The notes beneath the pieces are model-generated. The model was not told the origin of the DNA, did no database searches, and saw only the letters and a list, made by a program, of their open reading frames with translations. The translations under genes were made by a program, and so were the position numbers. A stretch of DNA of 64,000 nucleotides, from contig CM126209.1 of NCBI GenBank assembly GCA_052327205.1, positions 49,166,001 to 49,230,000 of the forward strand, in the 5' to 3' direction. This document shows, piece after piece, positions 9,610 through 21,829 of the stretch (position 1 is its first letter; each line of letters starts with the position of its first letter). This stretch comes from Somniosus microcephalus (taxonomy: Eukaryota).

Positions 9610-12314
9610 ATGAAGGTTGCTAAGCACGGGGTAGAACACTTCATCCCCACCACAGGCCCACCGGTGTATGCCCACGCCCGTAGGCTGGACCCGGCCAAGC
9701 TGGAGATCGCGCGGGCCGAGTTCGCCACAATGGAACAGCTCGGCATCATCCGCCGCTCCAACAGCCCCTGGGCCTCCCCACTCAACATCGTCACCAAACC
9801 CGACGGGGGATGGCGCCCCTGCGGGGACTACCGGCGCCTAAACGACGCCACCACGCCGGATCGGTACCCCATACCGCACATTCAAGACTTCTCGGCTAGA
9901 CTGGCCGGCCGCTCAGTCTTCTCCAAAGTCGACCTGGTGCGCGGTTACCATCAGGTGCCAGTCCACCCCACGGACGTTCCCAAGACGGCCATAATCACCC
10001 CTTTTGGGCTATTCGAGTTCCTCCGAATGCCCTTCGGCCTCAAAAACGCGGCCGAGGCCTTCCAGCGGCTCATGGACTCGGTCCTCCGGGACTTGAAGTT
10101 CCTCTTTGTCTACCTGGATGACATCCTGGTAGTTAGTTCCTCCAAGCAGGAACACATCGAGCACCTCCTCACCCTGTTCCAGTGGCTCAGTGAGCACGGG
10201 CTCATCATCAGCCCAGCCAAGTGCCAATTCGGCCTCAGCAGGATTGAATTCCTCGGCCACCACATCACGCAGGACGGAGCCATTCCCCTGCCCACCAAGG
10301 TGCAAGCCGTCCAGCAGTTCCCCCGGCCTACCACCATCAAAGGCCTCCAGGAGTTCTTGGGGATGATCAACTTTTACAACCGCTTCATTCCCGGAGCGGC
10401 CTCCCTCATGCGGCCCCTATACGAAGCCCTCCGGGGTAAGAAAGACAGAATGGCAATCGAGTGGTCAGCGGACATGTTGACCGCTTTCAACTCGAACAAA
10501 AAGGCGCTCGCCGACGCCACCATGCTCGCTCACCCACAGCCCAACGCCAGGGTGGCCCTCACCACGGACGCCTCCGACCACGCGGTCGGCGCCGTGTACG
10601 AACAGTGGGTCGACGGGGCCTGGCAACCGCTGGCCTTTTTCAGCCGCCAACTGCGCCCCCCGGAGGCCAAATACAGCGCCTTTGACCGCGAGCTCCTCGC
10701 ACTGTACCTGGCAGTCCGCCATTTTAGACTTCTTCTGGAGGGCCGCCCCTTCACCGCGTTTGTCGACCACAAACCCCTGACATTCGCGATGGCGAAATCT
10801 GCGGACCTGTGGTCAGCCAGGCAACAACGCCAGCTCGCCGCGGTGTCCGAATTCACCACGGACATCCGGCACGTCTCCGGTCGAGACAACGTGGTGGCCG
10901 ACTGCCTATCCCGCCCCGCCATCCACGGCGCCCACCTGGCAGTGGACTATGCTCAACTGGCAGCGGAGCAACGCACCGACCCCGATCTGCTCTCCGCGCC
11001 CACAAACCTCCCAGAGCTGCGACTGACCGACGTCGCCTGCGGCCCGTCCGCCATCACAGTCAAATGCGACACCTCCTTGGTGCAACCCCACCCCGTAGTC
11101 CCGGCGTCCTGGCGAAAACGGGTGTTCGACATCGTCCACGGCCTCTCACACCCCGGCACCCGCGCGTCCATTAGACTGGTGGCCAACCGATTTGTCTGGC
11201 GCGGCCTGCGCAAAGATGTGCGCATCTGGTCCAGATCCTGCTTGGCTTGCCAGCGTGCCAAAATCCACCAGCACGTAAAAGCCCCACTCGAGGAGTTCAC
11301 TGTGCCAGAAAGAAGGTTCGACCACGTCCACATCGACCTCGTCGGCCCCCTGCCGCCATCACAAGGTCACACGCACCTGCTGACAATCGTGGACCGTACC
11401 ACCCGCTGGCCCGAGGCCATTCCACTGACGTCCACCACCACCGCCAACATCGCGAGGGCGTTCATCGGTACCTGGGTCGCTTGGTTCGGCGTCCCCTCCG
11501 ACATGACGTCGGATAGAGGCCCGCAGTTCACCTCTGATCTGTGGGCCGCCATCGCCCGAAACCTCGGGGTGGCCATTCACCGTACCACGGCTTACCACCT
11601 CCAAGCCAACGGACTGTGCGAGCGATTCCACAGGTCCATGAAGGCGTCCCCCCACGCCAGCCTCGAGGACGAGGCTTGGATCGACCGCCTCCCATGGGTG
11701 CTACTCGGCCTATGCTCCGCGGTCAAGGAAGACCTGCAAGCCTCAGCGGCGGAACTCGTGTACGGCCAGCCGCTGCGCATACCCGGAGAGTTCCTGCCCA
11801 CCGCCACGACCTCCTGGTCGGCTGACCAGCAACGCCGCGCTTTCGCCAACCGAGCACAACAGTTCGCTCCGGTACCCACCGGCCGGCACGGCGAACCAGC
11901 AACCCGCGTACCACCTAGCCTGCACATGGCCAAATTTGTTTTCGTGCGCCATGACGCCCACCGAGGACCTCTACGGCCCCCATACGACGGACCCAAAAGG
12001 TGCTCCAGACGAGGAACAAGTTCTTCCTCCTCGAAGTGGGCGGCAGAACTGACAAGGTGTCGGTCGACCGGCTCAAGCTGGTGCACCTAGAGCCCGATGA
12101 ACCCGTTCAAGTGGGCCAACCCCCACCATGGGGCAGACCGCCTAAGAGCCCGACGCGTCCGACCGCCCCACTCCTGACACCAACCGCCAAGAGCCGTTCC
12201 GGCCATGCCATCAAGCCACCACGCCAGTTCGTACACTCCCTACTAGCAGATTCTGGGGGGAGCTGTGTGGCATACCGATCACAGAAAGGACACAATCCGC
12301 TTTCCGGTCCGTAG
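9610..12314 (+). CDS. Gypsy pol: RT - RNase H - integrase (frameshifted from gag-PR and again near 11995)
   Basis: [34 protein letters not shown]; RNase H TTDASD, DHKPL; IN HGLSHPG...CLAC, HIDLVGP, SDRGPQF, ERFH; PYDGP then a frame change to VLQTRNKFF...VSVDRLK. Confidence 0.93.
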
Positions 12315-12554
12315 ACTATAAATCAGGCGTCATGCCTTTAAGAAGGATCACACCTTTAAGAAACTCGATCTGCAACATAGTTAAGCCCAGAGCAGGGGAG
12401 GAGCAGTCGAAGCTGTGCACTGATGAAAGGCAGTCGTACTTTGTGTAGTCTCTGACTCCATTCTGTGTTCAGCATGCAGCCTCAACAATTAAACCTTTTC
12501 TGTTGAACCTCTCCGAGTTCAGTATTTTTTGCTAGGAGTACATAGACTCCTACA
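12266..12554 (+). repeat. 3' LTR
   Basis: Direct repeat of 8110-8398. Confidence 0.97.
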
Positions 12555-13479
12555 ATGTAGTACTTTTTATTATGGGCCAGTCGGTAACAAACAACAAAAG
12601 ACATCATGGCCATGAACATGTGGGCCCCGAATGTCCACAAGGCCAGTGGTCTACTCCTAGTGTAAGTTGGCCGGGAGTGCCCCAAACATGCCTTCTGACA
12701 GCAGAGAAGACAGGGCAGCAGGGAGCAAATACCCAGACTGGAAATCTCCTCAGCATTATCCTCTCTAACATCCAGCAACCTGGACATTGGGATGAACCCA
12801 GCATACAGGCTATTGGAGCGGCAGAGGTGGAGCTCACCTGCAGGCCCAGGACTGGATTCTAGTTTGGATCTGCCCCGTTGGAAAGCTGACTGATTGTGGA
12901 ACTATCAGGCTGCATATAAAGGAGGCCAATTTGAAAATGATGGCAGGCGACCAAGCAAGCAACTGGCCAAGGTCACTTTGATGCATCCATAGTGGTGCGG
13001 GTACATTCCAGAATCTTGTAAATGAGGGGCCCTCCCCTGACCTTAGAAACTCTCGTGGGGTCAGGAGCATAAGTCCCCGATACTCTGCCGTTCTTCCACT
13101 GGCGGAGCAGGCCCTCTGCTGTTTATTGCTCAGCCATTTTAACTAACGACAGGCAGCTGTCAAATATAATAGATTCGTGGTCAGAAGGAACAGTCAGGGA
13201 ACTTGCATTTGATGATGGAGACAAGGTAACAACAATATTGACATGGGGCATCCAATAATACATCATTCGGCAGGGGATCCTTGGGTGCAGAGGGTTGCAC
13301 TTCCCTCCATTCTGAGATACCTTAGATTGGTGGGGAGAAATGATATTGCATTAATTGATGCTGATATACAGCTGATCCAATGGAGGGGAAGCTGTATGTG
13401 GATGGGGATCGAACACGTGTAGAGGACTGTTGTGCATTGGTCAGCAAAGGTTATTATTGAAATGTTTGCGCTATTATAC

Positions 13480-14380
13480 GGTCTAATGATTTCAACAATC
13501 GCCACAGTTCATTCCGCAGCCAATTCTGCTCCCTCATGGTTGGCAGCTTCCTGCTGCCATTCTTCTCCTGCTGCTCCATTATTAGGCCCCTTCCCAAAGG
13601 AAAGCTGTGGAGGACACAGCAGCCCACAATAATCTTACTGGCCTTGACTAGGTTACAGGGTAGAACTCCCCCGATCGGTCCAGGCATCGGAATCGCTGTT
13701 TAACAACGCTGACGGTTTGTTTCATCCTAAACCCTGGAGATACATGGGGCATATTCAAGGGTGGACTGGCCATATGCGATATCGGGAGATTTCCTGAGTG
13801 GCCCCATGAATGGTTCCATATTATCGCTGCCTGCCTTTTTCCATGAGAATCCTGAGGAATCCCGCGCCCTTTTGGATTAGGGGCACATATGGCCATGAAT
13901 GCAATGAATGATGGTCTGCACATGTGGGAATCCTGCCACGTGGTAAAGGTACAGGACTCTTTCTTGTTACTGGCTGCTTTCTATGGGGAACATGGTGAAA
14001 TCCCTGGCAAACAATGCATTAGCTACCAGCTGGATACAATTTGGGGTCTAAAGTTGGGAGATGTGACCGAGATCTCCCGCACTTCCCGGAAGGAGCCTGC
14101 CACATAAAAGGCCAAAGCAGTTGTAACTTTGACAGGTGCAGGCAGAGCTTTCCCTGTGCTGTAACAGGTCTCTGATGTCGGGCTGCAAGAGTCTGCAGAG
14201 TTCAGTGATGTCTTCCTATGGATCGAACCCTGCACTGGCAAATCTCTTCATTACAGGTAAAGATAAAATGGTTTAGCCCCATATACATGAGTGTCAGTGT
14301 AAGGACATGTCTGCAGGGAATGTCTAAGGTGCAATCTCACCTGTCTTTCATGGCTCCCCTGATCCCCATCCTCCTTCTTC
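13480..14380 (-). pseudogene. Second, more decayed Harbinger transposase
   Basis: [42 protein letters not shown] fragments in different frames. Confidence 0.8.
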
Positions 14381-14737
14381 AGAAAATGCAAATAGAGCAG
14401 TATGCCCAGAGGAATATCCATACCTGGAAGGTATAGAGCTGTCTAACAACTATAGCTATAGCACCAGTCAGTGACAGAAGAGTCAGTATAGCTTTAGATA
14501 GCTATCAGGAAGTCTACGACTAATTCCAAGCATTTCGCTTGTACTACAAGGTCAAAGCAGTGCAGAAACAAAGTTACACACAGATATACAGCAAGGCTCA
14601 CAATGCCCGTTTAACAGCACGGATCTCCCCAGCAATGTGTGATTTAAACAGGTGGTCAGCCTATCAGGCAATGCTCCCAGCTCCTGATCACATTATCGGG
14701 AGACCCCCTCATTTGTATTGAATTGCAGGTTATAATG

Positions 14738-14900
14738 GAGGTGAAATTCATCCTCAGCTGTATCAAAAACAGACGATAACGAATCGACAGACCATTTTAC
14801 TCCCCGCACGATTTTCTTTTCCATTGAAGTCTATAGAAAATAAACATCGGACGGGCAGTAAAACCGACTGTCGATTCGTTATTGTCCGTTTTGGCTGAAG
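14738..14900. mobile_element. Palindromic MITE fragment
   Basis: Arms aaaacagacgataacgaatcgacag / ctgtcgattcgttattgtccgtttt around a ccattgaagtctatag centre. Confidence 0.7.
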
Positions 14901-14909
14901 TTGCTACAA

Positions 14910-15000
14910 AGGGTGCCTTGTAGGTGGTGGAGAGGCTTTGGGGAATCAGGAGGTGAGCCACTCGCCACAGAATACCCAACCTCTGACCTGCTCTACTGGC
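14910..15000 (-). mobile_element. Short fragment of the LINE family at 22.1-25.3 kb
   Basis: Translates to RAGQRLGILWRVAHLLIPQSLSTTYKA, matching ORF 24239-25117. Confidence 0.8.
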
Positions 15001-15099
15001 TATATAATTATTTGTCAACACTTGTTCCTGCAGCTCCTCCCCCTCCCTTTTTTTTTCAATAATTGTCTTTACCATTTGGCTCATAACTGGGGAAAACTG

Positions 15100-15928
15100 A
15101 GTCTTAATTTCTCCCAATGAGTGACACACAGCAAATCTCGGCACTCAATTTTCACTCCACACATTGGCCCAGAACTTGGTGTCGGGGGCTTGCCGCGCAT
15201 GCAAGCCCCCGATGTGCACTTACCCGGCGCGCCGACATCTGAAACCTGGCCCGCAGTGGATTTCCTGTCAGTGGCCCGGTTCTGATGTCGGCGCGCTGTG
15301 CTAACCTGACCCAGCGGCGTAATTAGTGCGATGTGCCGGCTGGGATCAGGTGAGCACTGTTCAGCCAATCAGGGGAGGGGAAACTTCATTCATAAGTTTG
15401 AAAGTAAGAACTGTCAAACTCATGAAAAGTACTGCACCCCAAAACACTACTTAAACTTTAAATAACATTTTAGAAAACATCCCAATCATTAAATTAAGTA
15501 TAAATAAGTTTTTAAAAATAATTTAAACAATATTTTTTTTTTGAAAAAAATAAATTTTTAATAAAAAGGGTCTAAAACTAAACTTACCTTATTGTAGATT
15601 TTTTTAAATAATAAACCTGTGGAAAAAAAATTCTAAATTGCACTAAAACACCACTTACCTGTAAAAAATAAATACTTACGTGTGCTTTTTACAAGCGTAA
15701 AGACCGGAGGCCTTTACACATGCGCAAATCCCCCAAAACAGAGGAAATCCAAGACGCACGTGCTGCCCCCTACAGCGCACGTGCTAGCCTCTTCACCTCT
15801 TGGGTTAGAGGAGAGGAAATGCCGGTTTTCAGCGCATGCGCTGTGCATGCTGAAAACCGGCATTTCCTCCGGCCAGACGCGTGAGTACCCCTTCCGTACT
15901 CACGCGTTTGGGGAGGAATTACTGCCCC
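15100..15928. mobile_element. Probable non-autonomous DNA element (MITE): GC-rich ends, AT-rich core, internal palindrome
   Basis: CpG-containing ends, weak terminal inverted similarity, perfect 21-bp inverted arms 15813-15833 / 15849-15869. Confidence 0.5.
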
Positions 15929-16257
15929 AATATGCACTTCTCCATCGGGGGTCTCTCCTGCTTGTTTTTGAATCTTCCTCCACTTGCTGCCTGTGCTGCT
16001 GTCCTGTTTGCTTCAGTGGCTGCTGACTTTTGCTGCTACTGCCGCTTTCATTTTTTCAGTTTTATTGTCAGTTTCAGTTTCGTCCCACTGCTCTGATGCC
16101 CACGATTTTGCGGGGTTCCTTTCTTGGCTATCTTATTGTTGGCACAGTCAATGTTTCCACCTCTGGACTGTCACCTGCTACCCAACTGCTCGTCACCTGC
16201 TCGGTCTGCCTCACAGGAAATTGAGGGTGGGGGGAGTTTTGGGAGTCTGCGAGGTGT

Positions 16258-16655
16258 ATAGAATCATCGAATGATACAACACAGGTTTCCATTTGGCCCA
16301 ACGTGCCTCTGTCGGCTCTTTTAGTCCCACTCCCCTGCTCTTTCCCCATAACCTGTAAATTATTTTCCCTTCAAGTATTTATCCAATTCTCTTTTGAATA
16401 TTGCTATTGATTCTGCTTTCACCACCCTTTCAGGCAGTGCATTCCAGGTCACAACTCGCTGTGTTAAAAAATGTTTCCGCATGTCGCCTCTGGTTATTTT
16501 GCCAATCATCTTAAATCTGTGTCCTCTGGTTACCGACCCTTCTGCCACTGGAAACTTATTTACTCTATCAAAACCATTCATGATTTTGAACACCTCTGTC
16601 AAATCTCCTCTTAACCTTCTTTTCTCTTCAGAGAACAACCCCAGCTTCTCCAGTA
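16258..16655 (-). mobile_element. CR1 LINE 3' end
   Basis: EKRRLRGDLTEVFKIMNGFDRV...TRGHRFK...WNALP...FKRELDKYL, the typical CR1 ORF2 C-terminus. Confidence 0.9.
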
Positions 16656-16737
16656 TATATTCCCCTTTGGGTGATGTGGTCTAGTTTAGTACAATTGAAT
16701 TCCTGAGCCTGTTGCTCTTCTTCCTGCTACAAGGGAC

Positions 16738-17235
16738 CAAGTCAGGAGTGTGATGGAATACACTCCACTTGCCTGGATGGGTGCAGCTGCAACAACAGCT
16801 CATGAAGCTCAACACCAACCAAGACAAAGTAGTCTGCTTGATCGGCAGCCCATCCACCACCTTAAACTTCTGCTCCCTCCACCTTTGGCTGCAGTGTGTA
16901 CTATCTACTGCAGCAAATCATCAAGACTTCTTGTGCACACCTCCTAAACCCATGACCTCCACCACCTAGAAGGACAAGGGCAGCTGGCGCATGGGAACTC
17001 CACCACCTCCAAGTTCCCCTCCAACTCACACACCATTCCGACTTGGACATATAATGCTGTTCCTTCATGGTCGCTGGAACTCCTTACTGAACAGCATTGT
17101 GAGGGCACCTTCACCACATGGACTGCAATGCTTCAAGAAGAAGGCCCACCACCACCTTCTCAAAGGCAACTGGGGATGAACAATAAATGCTGGCCTTGAA
17201 AGTAATGTCCACATTCCAAGTATGAATTAATAAAA
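16738..17235 (+). mobile_element. LINE 3' fragment, same family as 22.1-25.3 kb
   Basis: VRSVMEYTPLAWM; 3' UTR caataaatgctggcctt...cccacattcc. Confidence 0.85.
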
Positions 17236-17651
17236 TGATACTTCTGTGTTTGAACAAGCCTTTCAAGCTGTGTGCTTAGAGAAATATAGCTTAGAAGCTG
17301 CTGTTTTTCAGCAGTAATCAAGGGTTAATTGAATGTTGCTTAAGGTACTTCAGTATTATGAGCCCACAGTTTTACTCTTTCTGTTTAGGGCTAGATGGTC
17401 TGAACTATGATGATCACACAATAGGATAACCAATGCAATGCCATTGCAAAAATCATCTCCTGTAACCGTTTAAAGTGCTGAAAAGCCATTGTAGCCTTTG
17501 TTAAGTGCCAACTTAGCTCAGTGGTTGTACCTCTGATTCAGAAGGTTATCGCTTAAGCCCCATTACAGACTTGAGTACATAATCTAGGTTGATGTCTCAG
17601 TGCAGTATGAGGGGAGTGCTGCATTGTTAGAGATGCTGCCTTTTGGTTGCA

Positions 17652-18027
17652 ATAGAAACATAGGAGCAGGAGTAGGCCATTCGGCCCTTCGAGCCTGCTC
17701 CGCCATTCAACGAGATCATGGCTGATCATCCAAACCCTAGCACCCGGTCCCTACACCGACAGCCATCCCACCTAAGCCCTATCCCCGTAACCCCGTAACC
17801 CCACGTATTTAATCCCCCCTAACACTAAGGGCCAATTTTTATCATGGCCAATCAACCTAACCCGCACATCTTTGGACTGTGGGAGGAAACCGGAGCACCC
17901 GGAGAAAACCCACGCAAACACGGGGAGAATGTGCAAACTCCACACAGACAGTCATCCGAGGCCGGATTTGAACCCGGGTCCCTGGCGCTGTGAGGCAACA
18001 GTGCTAACCACTATGCCACCGTGCTGC
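17652..18027 (-). mobile_element. HE1-type V-SINE (elasmobranch tRNA-derived SINE with CR1/HER1-derived tail)
   Basis: Minus strand: gcagcacggtggcatagtggttagcac (A box), gggttcaaatcc (B box), V-domain tgtgtggagtttgcacattctccccgtg...ccggtttcctcccacagtccaaaga, tail gggccgaatggcctactcctgctcctatg. Confidence 0.92.
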
Positions 18028-18032
18028 GTGTT

Positions 18033-18505
18033 GTGGGAGATTTTCAGGCCGCCCGCTGGGTGGAAACAGGACGGTAGTGCTCTGATAATGGTAGGATATG
18101 ATTTACTGTCCCATTCCCACCGATGCTATCTTCTAAGGAACTATCAATGGCCGTCCGGAACACCAGCCTGAATTGGTAGGCCCAGTAATGCACGTACTGC
18201 CCAGTTTCAGCTAGCAGTCCAACCGAAGAGGAGCCATGAAGGTAAGTTTTAATTTACTTTTATGGAAGGTGCTGAGTACTCCTCTGGACTCCATAAAAAC
18301 AGAGACCGGACACCCTCTGTGGACCTATCTTTTTCCAGGTCCAGAGGCGACCTGGAGCTGACAGGTGTCCACAGCCTGCCGGTCCTATGTTCACGAGGCT
18401 CAGCCCTCAAAATGGACTGGGCCTCTAGCCGGCTTTATCAGGTGGCCGGCTGGAGCATTGTGCTGGCTGGTCACCCAAATACCGCATGGAGGGAGAATCT
18501 TCCCC
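18033..18505. mobile_element. Probable Harbinger-type MITE
   Basis: Imperfect TIRs GTGGGAGATTTTC / GAGAATCTTCCCC; lies inside the split SINE. Confidence 0.55.
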
Positions 18506-19589
18506 ATTAACCCAAGGCTCCATTATTGGATGAAGAGCAGCCAATTATCCCGGTGTCATGGCCAACATTCCTCCCTCAACCAACACCCCCAGAAACAGCC
18601 ACTGGTCATTTAGCTCATTTGTTGTTTGTGAGACCTTGCAGTGCACAAATTGTTTGTTGTGTTTGCCTATAAAGCAACAGTGACTACAGTTCAAAGGTCT
18701 TTCATTGGCTGTGAAGTCCTTTAGGATATCCTATGAATGTGAGAGATGCGATAGAAAGCCAAATCTTTCTTCTTTCATTGAAATATTTCATGTTACCCCA
18801 ATACAGCTGTTTCCATGACAATTTCACTTCAGGAATACGGTCGAGAAGGTAGGCACTGAGTGAGGCGGGGGTGGGGATGGTTGATACCATACACAGGATC
18901 AAGGGCAACTGCCCTTCCCCCACTGCCACCTGGCAAGGGAATAATTCATTGAATCAAGTCAAGCTCTGCATTGTGAATCTGCTGGACCTGGGAGGCTATA
19001 AAGAAGAAGATGGCAAGCCTTGAGAGATGCACTACGGTAAGTCAGAAATATGAATATGCAATATATATACCTGCCATAAATGGATATGAAAGGCAGTCGG
19101 CCGTACAAACTTCTCACCCTTTACACCTCCGTGATAGCCAGTATGAAGAAGTACAGTGCTGCCAGGAAATAATCAGAGAACTAATGATTTACATGATTGA
19201 GAACATGTACAAAAATGCAAGCGCTTGTGATGCTCAACGCCTGCGTAAATGTTGTGCACCAGGCTCTTTAAGGCTTCAAAATAAAACATAAACAAGAGCC
19301 AAGTCCCATTAATATGTTTCGAGCACCTGAACAGCTCATCTGTATGAAATGGACGTGTGGCGGTTTGTCTGTCCCAGCCTTTAAGAGATTGCTTTTTGGC
19401 ATTGGAATTTTCAATGTTGGTTGGAAAGATTAATTATTTTAGCTTATTACGTAATTTCATTATTGCATTAATTCTTGTTGCTGCCACTTTACCTTTAAAT
19501 GGCCTTAATCTTTGCAGAAAGTCTCTTATCAAACACAATGAAAGAAAATCTACCACCTCCACTGCATTCCCACTGTCTGTGTTTTGTAA

Positions 19590-19900
19590 TTACCTAGAAG
19601 AATTGGATTAAGTTAGTCAAGCATGACCTGCCCTTACCAATTTGTGTTGACTGCCCCAATTAGAGCACACCTCCCTAAGTGTTCACTAATGTTATCAGTT
19701 TTTATAGTTTCTAGCAGTTTTCCTACTAATAACATGAGGCTAACAGGCCTATAATTCCCCAGCTTATCTCTTTCCCTGTTTTTTAAATAGGGGTGTAATA
19801 TTTGCCACATTCCAGTCTTTTTCCAAAGAAATTTGGAACTTTATGGTTACTGTCTCTGCTATTTCATCACTAATCTCGCTTAGTATTGTGAAGTGTTGGT
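19590..19900 (-). mobile_element. Old CR1 LINE RT fragment
   Basis: Minus-strand NYRPVSL and degraded QHGF/SCLTNL region. Confidence 0.65.
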
Positions 19901-20339
19901 CATCCAAATTCCTGGGTTGAGGAGGACATTATGCCATTGAGGGGCCAGGAATTTCCGACAGGACCAACATAAACTGGAGAAATGGCGCAGCATAAATTCC
20001 ATTCAACTTCAGGATGTGCTGAAGAACTCACCCTCACAGTGGCAGCAAGTGACAGAGTTACAATAGGATAACATCACCCATCCTAAATTTGGTTACTCCT
20101 TTACAAGCCCCTTTGAGACTGTGTGCCACCATTTAAAAGGTGCCAGGCCCCTTTCATCAAGGTGGAACGCTTGGTTAAATTAATACTGCTCAACGGAGAT
20201 TGCTTGTGGAGACTGTGGACCATATCTTGGGACTCACTGCAGGCATTGCAAAAATGTTTTCACTGTAGTACTCAGGATTGCATTGCCTTTGGAAAGCATT
20301 CTAGTTCAATAGAATTACTGAGCCAGGAGCAGAGGATTG

Positions 20340-21205
20340 CACAATGGGCTTCCCAATGGGAATCCCATTTTACAAGATTGATATGCTGGAGGAAGAGGAG
20401 CAGCAGCAGGAGGCTGGAAGGGAGGCCAGATTAATCAGGCAGTACAAGAGAGAATCTGACCATCCTGGCACTCCCCAACCAATCAGATGTATAGACCCAG
20501 GCGCTTTTACCAAAACCTTTCCCAAGAGCTCTGTCTCAGGTGGCTGTGCTTCAGTTCTGAAGCTTTGGAGGAGCACCATTTGTTGCTGCAGCCAGATTGA
20601 CAACATGCACAGCTCCCACTATAGCAGGCAAAGTGACCACAACTCTCAACTATCGTGCAATAGGCTCATTACAGACAGCACCAGCACCTTTGACAGATCA
20701 GCCAATTTGCTGTGCATTTCTCTATAAGGCAAGTCACCAATGCCCACTTTTCCAGTACAGCTCAATTTATATAATTTGCCAGCACTCCCACACAAATGAT
20801 TGAGAGGGCCATCAAATGTTTCAGAATTGCCAGATTCCCCAGGGTTGTCGGGGCTATTTATTGAACCCGTGTAACATTACATGGTCCATATGTAAACCCC
20901 CACATTTCTATGAACTTAAATTTGCAGCTAATTTGCGATGACAGGCACAACTTCACAACATACTGGGAGATGTTATACATTTATACTTCAGCAGTTCAGT
21001 GTCTCAACTCTATTTCAACAGCAAAAGCAAGGGCCAGGAAAGCTATTGGATGCCCGCTACTCCATGCATCATGATGCCTCTTCGTAGGACCACTGCTCCA
21101 GAGGAGCACTAGAATGAAGCACACATGAAAATAATGACAATAATTATTAAATCCATTAGGATGCTCAAAAGAAGGTTCCGGTGTCTTAATAGATCTGGGA
21201 TTGCC
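20340..21205 (+). pseudogene. Third, highly decayed Harbinger transposase
   Basis: MG...EEEEQQQ start, KVTTTLNY, RFPRVVGAIY, LKRRFRCLNRSG. Confidence 0.75.
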
Positions 21206-21829
21206 TGGGAGCATGCGTCCAGCACTGGCCTTGAAATTCAATGGCGCCACACTAGTTTCTCAGGCACAAAATGGGCACCTAAGCATCCAATATGGCACAC
21301 GCTCATTACACGCCGGAAGAGCACCTCCCGTCATATTAGTGAAGGCAGAAAAAGAAGCGTCCAGGCCCCGCGCCTGAAACAGGTGATAGGTCCTTTGCAT
21401 ATGCGATTAGGGGGCCCAAGACCTGTTTGAGGCCCCCATGTGCTGGGCTGGCTACATTCAGGAAAACGTAGTCTACAGACTAACCAACAGTCTTTAGATG
21501 GACTGCTGGAGACCGCCCCAAAAGGATAAGATTTTTTAAAATATTTACCCAAATGCGTTGGTGGTCCTCTCCCCCACTTATTGTATGGGTTCAGGAAGCC
21601 AATGAAACCCTCCTGTCGTATCGGACTAACCATCCTATTGGCTGGTATAAAGATGGTTACGGCCACGGAAGGAGTATTCACGCCTGTCAGACTGTTAATC
21701 AGCCTGCAAATCTTTCCACTACTTCACACTATTCTCCAAGGGAATGTGTGAAGACACGAAAACAACAACTCTTTTAATATAATTTCCTTTTTAACACTTC
21801 TATCAAATAGTGGTTCATCCAAGTCTTCC

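Larger units (their letters stand above)
8110..12554 (+). mobile_element. Full-length Ty3/Gypsy LTR retrotransposon (recent insertion)
   Basis: 289-bp LTRs 8110-8398 and 12266-12554 (5 mismatches); TSD ATGT (8106-8109, 12555-12558); PBS TGGTGACCCCGAC at 8400-8412; PPT GGGGGGAG before the 3' LTR. Confidence 0.97.
17508..18772 (+). mobile_element. Deu-domain SINE (SacSINE1-like), split into 17508-17648 and ~18510-18772 by younger insertions
   Basis: tRNA-like head plus cagtgcagta..gagggagtgctgca; second half gaagagcag...tggccaacatt...cattggctgtgaag; colinear with the copy at 41562-41910. Confidence 0.75.

Noticed and set aside
8567-12295. Many overlapping alternative-frame and antisense ORFs
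   Set aside because: Expected shadow ORFs of a GC-rich gag-pol sequence
17950-18027. tRNA gene
   Set aside because: The A/B boxes belong to the head of the HE1 SINE
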